Shown: positions 50,220 to 60,053 of the stretch, in pieces
Layout of the letters: the number at the start of each line of letters is the position of its first letter
How positions within the stretch are numbered: position 1 is the stretch's first letter
Source of the DNA: an uncultured Bacilli bacterium
Lineage (GTDB): Bacteria; Bacillota_I; Bacilli_A; RF39; UBA660
Direction: 5' to 3'
DNA: 62,676 bases
NCBI GenBank assembly: GCA_934130485.1
Contig: CAKOYE010000001.1
Location: 1-62,676 of the forward strand
Notes under the pieces: generated by a model
Databases searched by the model: none
The model's input: the letters and a program-made list of their open reading frames with translations, nothing else
Told to the model about the DNA's origin: nothing
Made by a program: the position numbers and the translations under genes

Positions 50220-51026
50220 TCACCTATCCAAAAAATTACAGGTTTTACATAATAATTCACACTTTTTATGATTTTTAAAACCCTCTAACATATTTATATA
50301 TCTTTTAGTATTTTTTATCTCATTTATATCAGATGAAAAAATGTTTCCTAAATTTATGGTTCCTTCTGAATCAAGACAGCATGGTACTATAGTTCCATCA
50401 ACAAGTATACCAATGTGATCACTTAGTGCATAACAAGTACCTTTTTGATAAATATTTTTATTATTTAAATTAGGCCATATAAATTCATGAAAATTATTTA
50501 TAAAAACATTGTCTTTTATTTTTATGAATTTTTTGTTTTCTAAATCTTCTAATGTTATACTTAAATTATATTTTTAATTTATTAAATTTAGTATATTTAT
50601 TGTATCTTTATTTTTTACCCATAATCTAAGCGATATATATGTTTGTTTTGATAAGATATCTATACTCTCAAATATACTATTCATATATTTTTCTAATGTA
50701 ATATTAAACTCATCAAATGAATGAAGTGAAATATTTAATTGTCTAATATTCTTATTGTTTTTGATCTTATTAATTAAATAACCATTTGTGGTAATATTTA
50801 TGAAAAAATCTTTGCTGGCATAATCTATATATTCATTTATTTTAGGATGTAGTAATGGTTCTCCCATAAGATGAAAATATAAATATTTAGTATGCGGTTT
50901 AATTTTATCTAATATTATATGGAATTTTTCTTCGTCTAAAAAAACTTTTGTTCTTTTATTTTTCGCACAAAAATTACAACTTAAATTACAATTATTAGTA
51001 ATTTCTAAATATATTTTCTTATACAT
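50220..51026 (-). pseudogene. Radical SAM / SPASM-like protein interrupted by one in-frame TAA
   Basis: CNLSCNFC (CX3CX2C) at the N-terminus. The frame continues for 117 more codons after the TAA at 50574-50576 (KYNLSITLEDLENKK...), including GTCYALSDHIGILVDGTIVPCCLDSEG and CELLCKTC. Confidence 0.7.
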
Positions 51027-51049
51027 AAATCCTCATTATCTTAATTTTA

Positions 51050-51586
51050 TTAATTAACTTCTGTTATATTTAAAGTTTTAATAAAATTAATTACTTCATC
51101 TGCTTCATTATCTTTTAAATTATTATTTATAACAGCTATATTTTCATTTATGCTAAAAAATGATATATCACTCCAATATTTAGAATTATCATAATAACCA
51201 ACAATTGAATTTTTACCATTATTTAAAATTATATCTTCAGTTTTTCTTCCAGTTCCACAAACACTAAATGGATTATTATAAATATATAGCATTGCATATT
51301 GATTTTCATCATTTTTATATAATTTTAAGGCAAATTTATAAAAATCATCCTTGTTATCATTTTCTATTTCTTCATATTTCCAACCACTTGGAATATTTAA
51401 GTCAATTTTAATATTATCTATTGTTTTAGAATAATTTATATTTTTCTCATTACTCTTTATTATTTCAGCTTTTGTATCTATTTCACCAGTACTATTGTTT
51501 TCTTTCTTTGTTACTTTACATCCTGTAATATTAAGCAATATAGTTATACATATTAAAGTATTTAATAACACTTTTTTCATATTCAT
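51050..51586 (-). CDS. Lipoprotein, hypothetical
   Basis: Signal peptide plus lipobox LLNITGC. Confidence 0.6.
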   Translation of the reverse strand: MNMKKVLLNTLICITILLNITGCKVTKKENNSTGEIDTKAEIIKSNEKNINYSKTIDNIKIDLNIPSGWKYEEIENDNKDDFYKFALKLYKNDENQYAMLYIYNNPFSVCGTGRKTEDIILNNGKNSIVGYYDNSKYWSDISFFSINENIAVINNNLKDNEADEVINFIKTLNITEVN

Positions 51587-51701
51587 TTCCCCATTCTAAT
51601 AAATTTTTACTCAAACATATTATACATACATTATACTACTTTTATAAATTTTACAAAACAGTTATCTATAATATATCATAAAAGAGTGAATAAATCACTC
51701 T

Positions 51702-52697
51702 TTAATTTTCAGCTTCTTCTAACATATTTGTAATAAATATACCATATCCTTTAGTTGGATCATCTACTACTACGTGAGTTACTGCACCAATTATATAATC
51801 ACCTTGAATAATTGGAGAACCACTCATTCCTTGAATAATTCCACCTGTTTTTTCTAATAATTCTTTATCAGTTATTTCAAACATAAGGTTTTTTGTTTTT
51901 TGATCATCGTTTGAAATTCTTAAAATATTTATAGAATATTCTTTGATATTAGAATCATTTAAAACGGTTAATATTTTTGCTTCTCCTTTTTTAATATCAT
52001 TTACTTTTGCAACTTTATAAAGTTTTTTATCAGGTATAGTACTTAGATAATTTCCGAAAATACCTTGCTTTGTATTTTCAAATATATCACCATTTACTTT
52101 ATCGGTATAAAATCTAGCATTTTTTTCACCTGGATTACCATTTTCTGATTTTTGAATACTTGTTACATCAGTTTCAAATATCTTGCCGTCTTTAACTTCT
52201 AATATTTGTCCACTATTTTTTTCGATTATTTCATGTCCTAGAGCTCCAAAAAGTTTAGTTTCAGGGTCAATAAAACTTAATGTTCCAACACCTGTTATAC
52301 TATCTTTTACATAAAGACCAGTTTTTATTACGTTGTTATCATCTTTATATAAAGTTAATTTGGTTTTTTTTAGGCTTTTACCTCGAATATATCCAACTTC
52401 AATAGTATCATATTCATTATAATTGTTAATCTTTTCAACCATTTCCTGAATATTATTTACATCCTCATTTTCAATTGAAACTAATCTATCGCCAATTTGT
52501 AATTTTGCAACAGCTGATGGATCATTATTACCAATTTTATATGTTCCAACAATAATAACACCTTTACTATTAAGTTCAATCCCAATATTTTCTCCACCAG
52601 CTATTATATAATCTGAATAAGCTAAGGCACTACTTGGTATAATAAATAATGAAAGAAGAAAGCAAGTTAATGTTTTTTTGAGTTTTTTAAAAAACAC
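51702..52697 (-). CDS. spoIVB: SpoIVB-type signalling serine peptidase (PDZ + peptidase S55)
   Basis: PDZ-like QIGDRLVSIENEDV. S55 catalytic region GALGHEI and GMSGSPIIQG. GTG start behind AGGAG. Confidence 0.8.
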   Translation of the reverse strand: MFFKKLKKTLTCFLLSLFIIPSSALAYSDYIIAGGENIGIELNSKGVIIVGTYKIGNNDPSAVAKLQIGDRLVSIENEDVNNIQEMVEKINNYNEYDTIEVGYIRGKSLKKTKLTLYKDDNNVIKTGLYVKDSITGVGTLSFIDPETKLFGALGHEIIEKNSGQILEVKDGKIFETDVTSIQKSENGNPGEKNARFYTDKVNGDIFENTKQGIFGNYLSTIPDKKLYKVAKVNDIKKGEAKILTVLNDSNIKEYSINILRISNDDQKTKNLMFEITDKELLEKTGGIIQGMSGSPIIQGDYIIGAVTHVVVDDPTKGYGIFITNMLEEAEN

Positions 52698-52784
52698 TTT
52701 AACATCTCCTTTTCATTCAATATAGACCACATTATTATTATGTATAGATTTATTATAGATATGAAAGTAAGTTTCTTCCAAAAA

Positions 52785-53195
52785 TTAATCATCAAAAATA
52801 TTACTATTAATGTCTATAATGTCATTAAAATTAATTTTAATATTATTTTTTAATATTATTAAATTTTTTACTTCATCTACTTTAATCACATAATCATTTA
52901 TACTTTTATAAATTCCTCCATCTTTGATTTTATCTTTAATAAAATATATAAAATTAAATTTTTCTTTGTTAATATAGTTTTTTATGATATTAATTTTTTT
53001 ATTTATAATATAATTTTGTTCTTCGGTTAAAATACATTTATTGCTAGTGATTCTAGATTCTTCTTCTATAGACTCAGTATAACCCGTTAAAGCACGAAAA
53101 GGGGCAAATTGAAAAGCACGATTGAAAATAGACATTTTTTTGTGATTTTTAATACCATTATATTTTATATCAATTATGTCTTCATAATTTTTCAC
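52785..53195 (-). CDS. YolD-like protein
   Basis: About 136 aa with the FQFAPFRALTGY motif. It overlaps the end of a Y-family polymerase gene by 4 nt, which is the canonical yolD/uvrX arrangement. Confidence 0.6.
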   Translation of the reverse strand: MKNYEDIIDIKYNGIKNHKKMSIFNRAFQFAPFRALTGYTESIEEESRITSNKCILTEEQNYIINKKINIIKNYINKEKFNFIYFIKDKIKDGGIYKSINDYVIKVDEVKNLIILKNNIKINFNDIIDINSNIFDD

Positions 53196-54676
53196 GCCCT
53201 ATGTCCTCCTACTTCATTATTTCTTTCTATAGTTCTAGCACCATTACACAAATTCATACCTTTTAAAATTGAATTTTTACCATATTTTTTCTTAATGTCT
53301 AGTAATATATTTTGAAGTTTATTTTCTTCGATTAAAGAGTTATGATTAATACTCTGCATATTTGGTTTATTATAATCAAAAAGATTTAACTGTTCTTTAA
53401 TCTCTATTTTTTCTATTTCTTCATAAACTCTACTTGCACATATATTTATTCTTTTAATTAAAAGATTTTTATTTACAATTCTATCATACAATTGTTCTAT
53501 TTTTTCTAATATTATTTTAGTTGAAGATGTTTTAAAATCTAAATTTATAGTTCCATGAGTAGGTTTAGGTATTTTTCTACTATATTGATCAACCACTATT
53601 TCAAAATTATTAACATTATTAGTATTTGTTAAATTACTAATATCATAACCAATATTTAAAACTAATTGATCTGTTACTAACTTTTTTTCTACTAATTCTA
53701 GCGTTAATAATTCTGTCATTTCTAAAACAATTAATTTAGCTTTAGAATAATTATAAGGGCAGTGTAAAACCTGACCAGAACTTATACTACTTGACTCCGG
53801 TTTATAATTTTTTATATCTATAATTGTACAAGGTTCATATCCCCAAGCATGATCTATTAATAGTTCTGCATTAACACCAAATAATTTATATAGTAAGTCT
53901 TCGTTGTCAATTGAAACTCTAGCAATATCACCCATAGTATAAATTTGATATTGTTCTAATCTTTTAGCATATCCTCTACCTACTCTCCAAAAATCAGTAA
54001 TTGGTGTATGATTCCACAATTTTTTTCTATATAAAAATTCATTTAGGTATGCTATTCTAACACCAAATTCATTAGCATTTTCATGTTTTGCTTCTATATC
54101 CATTGCAATCTTAGCCAAATATAAATTATCGCCTATTCCAGCTGTTGCTGTTATACCAGTTGTATCATATATATCCTTAATTATTTTAGTAATTAATTCT
54201 TCATAGGAAAGATTATAAAGTTTTAAGTACGATGTTATATCGCAAAAAACCTCATCAATAGAATAAACATATATATCATCCTTAGATAAATATTTTAAAT
54301 AAATACTATATATTTTAGTACTATATTTCATATATAATTTCATTCTTGGAGGAGCTATAATATAATCTAATTCTAAGTTTTTATTTCTTTCTAATTCAAT
54401 ATCATTATAAGATTTAGATATAAAACTTTTATATGAATTGTTTTTTCTTCTCTCATAATTTATTTTTTTTACTTTAGATACTACTTCAAATAGTCTTGAT
54501 CTACCAGATAAACCATATTTTTTTAAAGAGGGAGTTACAGCTAGGCAAATTGTTTTTTCTGTTCTAGATGAATCTGCAACTACTAAATTAGTCGTTAATG
54601 GATCAAGATTTCTTTCAACGCATTCACATGATGCATAAAAACTTTTTAAATCAATACAAGCATATACACGTTTCAT
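53192..54676 (-). CDS. Y-family (UmuC/UvrX/YqjW-like) translesion DNA polymerase
   Basis: YACIDLKSFYASCE catalytic N-terminus, SIDEVF, little-finger region. Start ATG 54676 behind AAGGTG. Confidence 0.88.
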   Translation of the reverse strand: MKRVYACIDLKSFYASCECVERNLDPLTTNLVVADSSRTEKTICLAVTPSLKKYGLSGRSRLFEVVSKVKKINYERRKNNSYKSFISKSYNDIELERNKNLELDYIIAPPRMKLYMKYSTKIYSIYLKYLSKDDIYVYSIDEVFCDITSYLKLYNLSYEELITKIIKDIYDTTGITATAGIGDNLYLAKIAMDIEAKHENANEFGVRIAYLNEFLYRKKLWNHTPITDFWRVGRGYAKRLEQYQIYTMGDIARVSIDNEDLLYKLFGVNAELLIDHAWGYEPCTIIDIKNYKPESSSISSGQVLHCPYNYSKAKLIVLEMTELLTLELVEKKLVTDQLVLNIGYDISNLTNTNNVNNFEIVVDQYSRKIPKPTHGTINLDFKTSSTKIILEKIEQLYDRIVNKNLLIKRINICASRVYEEIEKIEIKEQLNLFDYNKPNMQSINHNSLIEENKLQNILLDIKKKYGKNSILKGMNLCNGARTIERNNEVGGHRA

Positions 54677-54701
54677 ATATTTCACCTTGAAAATTATATC
54701 A

Positions 54702-54715
54702 CGAATATTTGTTTG
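54702..54715. promoter_or_regulatory. Candidate LexA (SOS) box overlapping the polymerase promoter
   Basis: CGAATATTTGTTTG matches the Firmicute consensus CGAAC-N4-GTTCG at 8 of 10 specified positions. It lies 3 nt upstream of a TATAAT (54693-54698, minus strand). Confidence 0.45.
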
Positions 54716-54774
54716 TGTCTATTAAATAAAATAAAAAATTAGGTGGAAAAATTTACCTAATTTTTATTAAATAA

Positions 54775-56430
54775 CTATCTTAATTTTATATTACTTTCTT
54801 TTTCATTTGATAAAATATAATTATCTATGCTATCTTTTAAAATTTTTACTTTATTCATTAATTCTGTATCTTTTAATAAATCACTTGAATCTAGTCCTTT
54901 TATTTTTATTTTATTAAATGTTTCATCAATCAACTTTATTAATTCCTCAATATTTTCTGTACCAAAATATTCATATAAAGTACAAGGTTTATTTTCTATT
55001 CCTTTGCATTCTATATATTTCATAAGATTGTTATCTATAATACTATCAAATATAGGGAAAAGTTTATGGTAATCATTTTGAGTTGATTTATGATTAAAAT
55101 CAATGAATGGATATTTTTTTTCTAATTTTGGTTTAACTTTTTCATATATAATTAAGGCAAACTTTTCAACTAAGATTTCATTTAAATACCCTGGATCCTT
55201 AATTGCTCCATCTACATCATGTATCATTTCATGAACTAAAACTTCAAAAAAATCTACGTTTTCAATATATGCCATTGTAGCAGAAAACTTTAAATAACTT
55301 AATCTTTTGTTAAATATTATTGTTTCATCATTTTTATATGTCCTATATCCACACCATGCATGACCAGGTATATTATAATTGTTTTTGGCCATCACAATTT
55401 TTAGTAAAAAAATTTTATCATTATTTGTTAATTTTTCTTTTTTCTCAATTGCTGCTTCGTTTTCAACCAAATATTTGGACATCCACTCAACTATTTTTTT
55501 AAACTCTTTTTCTTTACCTATTGTATTTAATAAATAATGATTTTCAATTGATTCTCTATATTTTCGCACATTCTCTAATAAAGGATAATAATTTTCTTTT
55601 TCTATACCACACTCATTTAAATAATTAATTACATCTTCACATTCTTTTGGATGTGCATTAGATAAATTATTATCAATAACGTAATCTGATTTACCAAATT
55701 TAAACTTTTCATCAAAGAAAATGTTATTACAATCATACATAAATAAACAATAAGCAGTATCTGATTTTAATCTTTCTTTATCTCTTTTATTTAATAAATT
55801 ATTGCTGTCTAAGTATTTTAAAAATAATTTGCAATATTCTTTTTGGTACTTTATCTCATTTTCTATTTGAATTCTACTATCATCATAAATATTTTTGTAT
55901 TTGACTTTAATATAATTTTCAAAACTATCATATTTAGACTTAGAAATTGAAATTTCATTATATATATTTTTAACTATTCTATAATACTCTTCATTATTTC
56001 TTACTTGTTCTATTAAATCATCTTCATAATTTAAATCAAAATCAAGTGATTTGAAAATTTTAGTATATATATCATTAAAATAATTTTCCTTCATCTCATC
56101 TTCAGTATATATATCTTTATTTATTATTTGAGAAAAAAGATTATTTCCACTTTTAAGAGAAGAAATCAAATCCTTACCATTTTTATCTTTTAAATTTAGT
56201 TTTTCATTTAATTCTGCAAGTAATGTCTCTTTATATTTAAAAATTTCTTTTTCAAGTATTCGCACCTTTAATTTATTGTCATCATAAAAAATAAATAAAG
56301 TATTATCAATTCTATTTTTTATATTTTCCTGCTCTTCTTTATCGTAATATTTTAATATTTCTTCTAATATAATATCTTTTATTTCAACAAATGTTTCACC
56401 AAAATTAAATATCATATCAATTTCTCTCAT
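54775..56430 (-). CDS. Hypothetical 551-aa protein with a C-terminal HExxH motif
   Basis: VLVHEMIHDVDG. Strong RBS ggtaggag and its own terminator (54735-54765). No signal peptide or TM segment. Confidence 0.55.
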   Translation of the reverse strand: MREIDMIFNFGETFVEIKDIILEEILKYYDKEEQENIKNRIDNTLFIFYDDNKLKVRILEKEIFKYKETLLAELNEKLNLKDKNGKDLISSLKSGNNLFSQIINKDIYTEDEMKENYFNDIYTKIFKSLDFDLNYEDDLIEQVRNNEEYYRIVKNIYNEISISKSKYDSFENYIKVKYKNIYDDSRIQIENEIKYQKEYCKLFLKYLDSNNLLNKRDKERLKSDTAYCLFMYDCNNIFFDEKFKFGKSDYVIDNNLSNAHPKECEDVINYLNECGIEKENYYPLLENVRKYRESIENHYLLNTIGKEKEFKKIVEWMSKYLVENEAAIEKKEKLTNNDKIFLLKIVMAKNNYNIPGHAWCGYRTYKNDETIIFNKRLSYLKFSATMAYIENVDFFEVLVHEMIHDVDGAIKDPGYLNEILVEKFALIIYEKVKPKLEKKYPFIDFNHKSTQNDYHKLFPIFDSIIDNNLMKYIECKGIENKPCTLYEYFGTENIEELIKLIDETFNKIKIKGLDSSDLLKDTELMNKVKILKDSIDNYILSNEKESNIKLR

Positions 56431-56488
56431 AACTAACTCCTACCCTCTAATATAATTATACAAAAAACACAATAAAAAAACAATTATT

Positions 56489-56719
56489 TTAATTGCTTTC
56501 TTCTAATTTAAATTCTTCTAAAGTACCATTTTCTAATACTATTTTATTAACTTTTTCTTCTACACTTTTTAACTCTTCATCACATTCTTTAACTAACTTC
56601 ATTGCTTTAGTGTATTTTTCTATTGAGTCTTCTAATGGAATATTTCCATTTTCTAGTTCATTAATTATTGCTTCTAATTCTGTTATTTTATCTTCAAATT
56701 TTTGCTTTTTCTCAGCCAT
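56489..56719 (-). CDS. xseB: Exodeoxyribonuclease VII small subunit
   Basis: 76 aa with FEDKITELEAIINELENGNIPLEDSIEKYTKAMKL. It overlaps xseA. Confidence 0.9.
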   Translation of the reverse strand: MAEKKQKFEDKITELEAIINELENGNIPLEDSIEKYTKAMKLVKECDEELKSVEEKVNKIVLENGTLEEFKLEESN

Positions 56720-57989
56720 TATCTTTCACCAACTCTTCTATTTTAGTTATTACGTTACCATCAGATAATTTAATTTTTAATTTGTCAGATTTATTTAAAT
56801 TATCTACACTATTTATAATAAAATCATCTTTATATACAACACTGTATCCTCTTTTTAAAACTTTTAATGGATTAATTAATTCTAATTTCTCTATTATATT
56901 ATTTAAATCATCTCTTTTTGATTTATATAAAATATCAGAGTTTTTTAAAATATAACTATTCTTTAAAAATTTTAATTTATCAATATTTTTATCCATTTTA
57001 ATTTTTAATATATTATTTAACTTTTCTATAATAGAATCAAGTTTCTGCTTTTTATTATCATACATAATTAAAGGGTTTTTAATTACGAAAGAATTTTTTA
57101 AACTATCTAAATATAATTTTTGATAATTAATTACTTTTAAAACATTTTCATTTAAACGTATTTTTAACTGTCCTATATGTTTTTTTAAATCTACTAAATT
57201 AGGTACTGCTAATTCTGCTGCTCCTGTTGGAGTTGGAGCTCTTAAATCGGCTACAAAATCAGCGATTGTATAATCAATTTCGTGACCTACTGCACTAATT
57301 ACTGGAATACTACTCTCAAATATTGCACGTGCTACTATTTCTTCATTGAAAGGCCATAAATCTTCAATTGATCCACCACCCCTACCTACAATTAAAACAT
57401 CTAAGTCATAATTTTCTGCCATTTTTATATTTTTTACAATATCACCAGCTGCTGCTTCACCTTGTACCAAACTTGGAAATAAAATTACTTCACAAATTGG
57501 ATATCTTCTTTTAATTGTAGATAAAATATCTTTAATTGCGGCACCAGTTTGAGCGGTTACTACACCAACTCTAGAAGGAATTTTAGGTATTTTCTTCTTA
57601 AACCTCGAATCAAATAATCCTTCTTTCGATAATTTTTCTTTTAATTGTTCAAATGCTATATATAAATTTCCAACACCATCTTCTAACATTTCATCTATAT
57701 ATATTTGATAGTTACCAGTTGCCTCATATATAGTAATACGTCCCCTAACCAAAACTTTCATACCATCAATGGGTGTAAATACTATTTTTTTTGCATTAGC
57801 ACTAAACATAATCGCGTTAATTTTGCTGTTTTCATCTTTTATAGAAAAATATAAATGCCCTGTAGTATGAGATTTAAAATTTGATATTTCACCTTTTAAG
57901 TAAACTGTTTTTAAATGTTCATCTACATCAAATTTATACTTTAAATATTTTGTTAGAGCTGTAACACTTAAATACTTATCATTATTCAT
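56712..57989 (-). CDS. xseA: Exodeoxyribonuclease VII large subunit
   Basis: LSVTALTKYLKYKF, OB fold, GRGGGSIEDLWPFNEE. Confidence 0.9.
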   Translation of the reverse strand: MNNDKYLSVTALTKYLKYKFDVDEHLKTVYLKGEISNFKSHTTGHLYFSIKDENSKINAIMFSANAKKIVFTPIDGMKVLVRGRITIYEATGNYQIYIDEMLEDGVGNLYIAFEQLKEKLSKEGLFDSRFKKKIPKIPSRVGVVTAQTGAAIKDILSTIKRRYPICEVILFPSLVQGEAAAGDIVKNIKMAENYDLDVLIVGRGGGSIEDLWPFNEEIVARAIFESSIPVISAVGHEIDYTIADFVADLRAPTPTGAAELAVPNLVDLKKHIGQLKIRLNENVLKVINYQKLYLDSLKNSFVIKNPLIMYDNKKQKLDSIIEKLNNILKIKMDKNIDKLKFLKNSYILKNSDILYKSKRDDLNNIIEKLELINPLKVLKRGYSVVYKDDFIINSVDNLNKSDKLKIKLSDGNVITKIEELVKDNG

Positions 57990-57997
57990 AAATGCTC

Positions 57998-58399
57998 CTA
58001 TTTGTTATGATATACTTTATCCAAAACTCCATTTATCATTTTTCTTACATCATCGTCGCTATATGCTTTAGCAAGTTCAATTGCTTCATTTATAGAAACA
58101 ACTTCTGGAGTGTCAGTATATAAAAGTTCATATATACCCATTCTTAAAATAGCTTGATCAGTATTGCCAAGTCTTGAAATTGACCAGTTATTTAAATACT
58201 TGTTTGCAAGTTCATCGATTTCGTTTTTATAAGTAATTACTCCATATACAGTATCTTTTATAAATTCATTTTCAATAGGACTTACCTCTTTAATTATATC
58301 ATCAACATTATATTTCATTTTACTATTATCATATATATTTATTTGATATAAAATTGTCATTATTTGTTTTCTTAATTCACTTCTACTTACTTGTTCCAT
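57998..58399 (-). CDS. nusB: Transcription antitermination factor NusB
   Basis: 133 aa with RSELRKQIMTILYQ and INEAIELAKAYS. nusB-xseA-xseB order as in Bacilli. Confidence 0.88.
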   Translation of the reverse strand: MEQVSRSELRKQIMTILYQINIYDNSKMKYNVDDIIKEVSPIENEFIKDTVYGVITYKNEIDELANKYLNNWSISRLGNTDQAILRMGIYELLYTDTPEVVSINEAIELAKAYSDDDVRKMINGVLDKVYHNK

Positions 58400-58454
58400 A
58401 TTATCACCACCATCATTTTATCATAAATATAAAAAATTAAATAGTATTTTCTAT

Positions 58455-59468
58455 TTAATTTATTGTTAATGTTTCATTTATTGGTTGAATTTGTATAAAT
58501 GTATTTCCATCATTAACTTTTATTTCATTACCATTTAAATCAGTATAAATGGTTTGCTCATCTCTAGATTTTTTATTCCATTTAATAGGAATAGCATAAC
58601 CACAAGTTATATAATAACCATCTCCTGTACCAATATTATTCAAATTTTGTAAATAACCATCTAAAGAATAATTTTCTACTTTTAGAACGATTATATTTTT
58701 ATAAGTATATTGATTTTTTGTTATCGCATCAACATGAGGATTACCATTAACAAATCTTTTATAATTTTGATTTACTTCATCATAGGTATAACTAGTATTT
58801 TGACTGTATGAATAATTTATACTAACATTATATGCTTTAATACTACCATTTTCTTTTTCTAAATTAATTAAAGTTGGACTATAATTTAAAAGTGTTTTTT
58901 TGCTACTAGTCATACGATATCCTTTATTTCTTGCAACATTTAAAATATTTTCCATACTAGTAAACGCAGTATGTTCATAAGGGACATTTAAGCTATTATC
59001 TCTAAAAAATCCAGAATCTGTAAGACCATTTACATTATTTATACCAAGTGCACTAATATCATTTTTTGCTATATCAGAATATCCAAAATGAGTATAAATA
59101 GCGTCATTTTCCAAAACATAATCTAAGTAATAATGTCTTGAACTTCTAACTGAACCAATTCTAGCTGTATTCTGATCTTTAAATACAGCCATTAATCTTG
59201 TTAATCCTCCTTCAACAACTATTTCATAAGTTATATAGGCATCTTGTAATCCAGCATGATTTGGTACTGCTAGTGGGTGATTATTGATCATTACTGCAAC
59301 AGGTCTAGAATCAGACTCAGTATCTATAATACTTATTTTTTTATTTTCTTTATTTTCTACTACTTCATCTTTAATATCACTATCATTTTTCTTTACTTCT
59401 TCACCTTTCTTACCACAACCTGTAATTAAACTTAAGAATACTAAACTACAAATAAAATATTTTTTCAT
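58455..59468 (-). CDS. DUF3048 (YerB-like) lipoprotein
   Basis: Lipobox LITGC. RPVAVMINNHPLAVPNHAGLQDAYITYEIVVEGGLTRLMAVF. Confidence 0.75.
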   Translation of the reverse strand: MKKYFICSLVFLSLITGCGKKGEEVKKNDSDIKDEVVENKENKKISIIDTESDSRPVAVMINNHPLAVPNHAGLQDAYITYEIVVEGGLTRLMAVFKDQNTARIGSVRSSRHYYLDYVLENDAIYTHFGYSDIAKNDISALGINNVNGLTDSGFFRDNSLNVPYEHTAFTSMENILNVARNKGYRMTSSKKTLLNYSPTLINLEKENGSIKAYNVSINYSYSQNTSYTYDEVNQNYKRFVNGNPHVDAITKNQYTYKNIIVLKVENYSLDGYLQNLNNIGTGDGYYITCGYAIPIKWNKKSRDEQTIYTDLNGNEIKVNDGNTFIQIQPINETLTIN

Positions 59469-59470
59469 AA

Positions 59471-59881
59471 CTACTCCTTAATTAACTCCTCAACATTACC
59501 ATCATAAAGTGCAACAATAATATAAATATGTAAATAAATAAACATAACAAATAGGAAAATCCATCCGAATATAGGAATTATTAAACATAATAACCAAATA
59601 TAATATGATAGATAAATTTCACTGCCTTTGACTTTTAATTTAGCCGCAGTTTGACATAATATTTGAATATGAAAAATACTAATCATTATTAAACCTGGTA
59701 CTATAAAACACAGAAATCCTATAGCCCAATTTCTACCTTTAGCATACCAGGCATCCTTATTATAACAATCGCATAATGCGCCTAGGCAAAATACATCACT
59801 ACCACCGGAAAAAAACATAAGTAATAACCATACCCACCAATTTTCTTTTTTTAAAATATTCATAATAACCATCCTATCCAT
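59471..59881 (-). CDS. Hypothetical Cys/Trp-rich membrane protein
   Basis: Three or four TM segments. The start is uncertain (M1 or MNILKK). Confidence 0.5.
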   Translation of the reverse strand: MDRMVIMNILKKENWWVWLLLMFFSGGSDVFCLGALCDCYNKDAWYAKGRNWAIGFLCFIVPGLIMISIFHIQILCQTAAKLKVKGSEIYLSYYIWLLCLIIPIFGWIFLFVMFIYLHIYIIVALYDGNVEELIKE

Positions 59882-60053
59882 ATATTCTTTTCATATAAAT
59901 TTTTTTATTTTCAGTAACTAATATAAGTATATCAGAATCATCAGAAGAACTAATTGTTCTACCATATACATTATATTTTCTACATCAACCAAACTATAAT
60001 GTAATTTTTAAAAATATTAATCAAATTAAAATTATTTAAATCATCTTTCATAA

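Noticed and set aside
49334-50260. Track N-terminal extensions of several ORFs: 1980 for sufC, 8407 for DUF421, 12481 for secDF, 21429, 28121, 30731, 36145, 40408, 43567, 50260 and 54685.
   Set aside because: In each case an internal ATG with a proper Shine-Dalgarno sequence matches the conserved N-terminus of the family or avoids overlap with the upstream gene.
50574-50576. The in-frame TAA in the radical SAM gene as evidence for an alternative genetic code.
   Set aside because: TAA terminates many well-supported genes in the window at the expected lengths (for example sufC, sufS and hisS). TGA and TAG also act as stops and Trp is TGG, so the standard code 11 fits.
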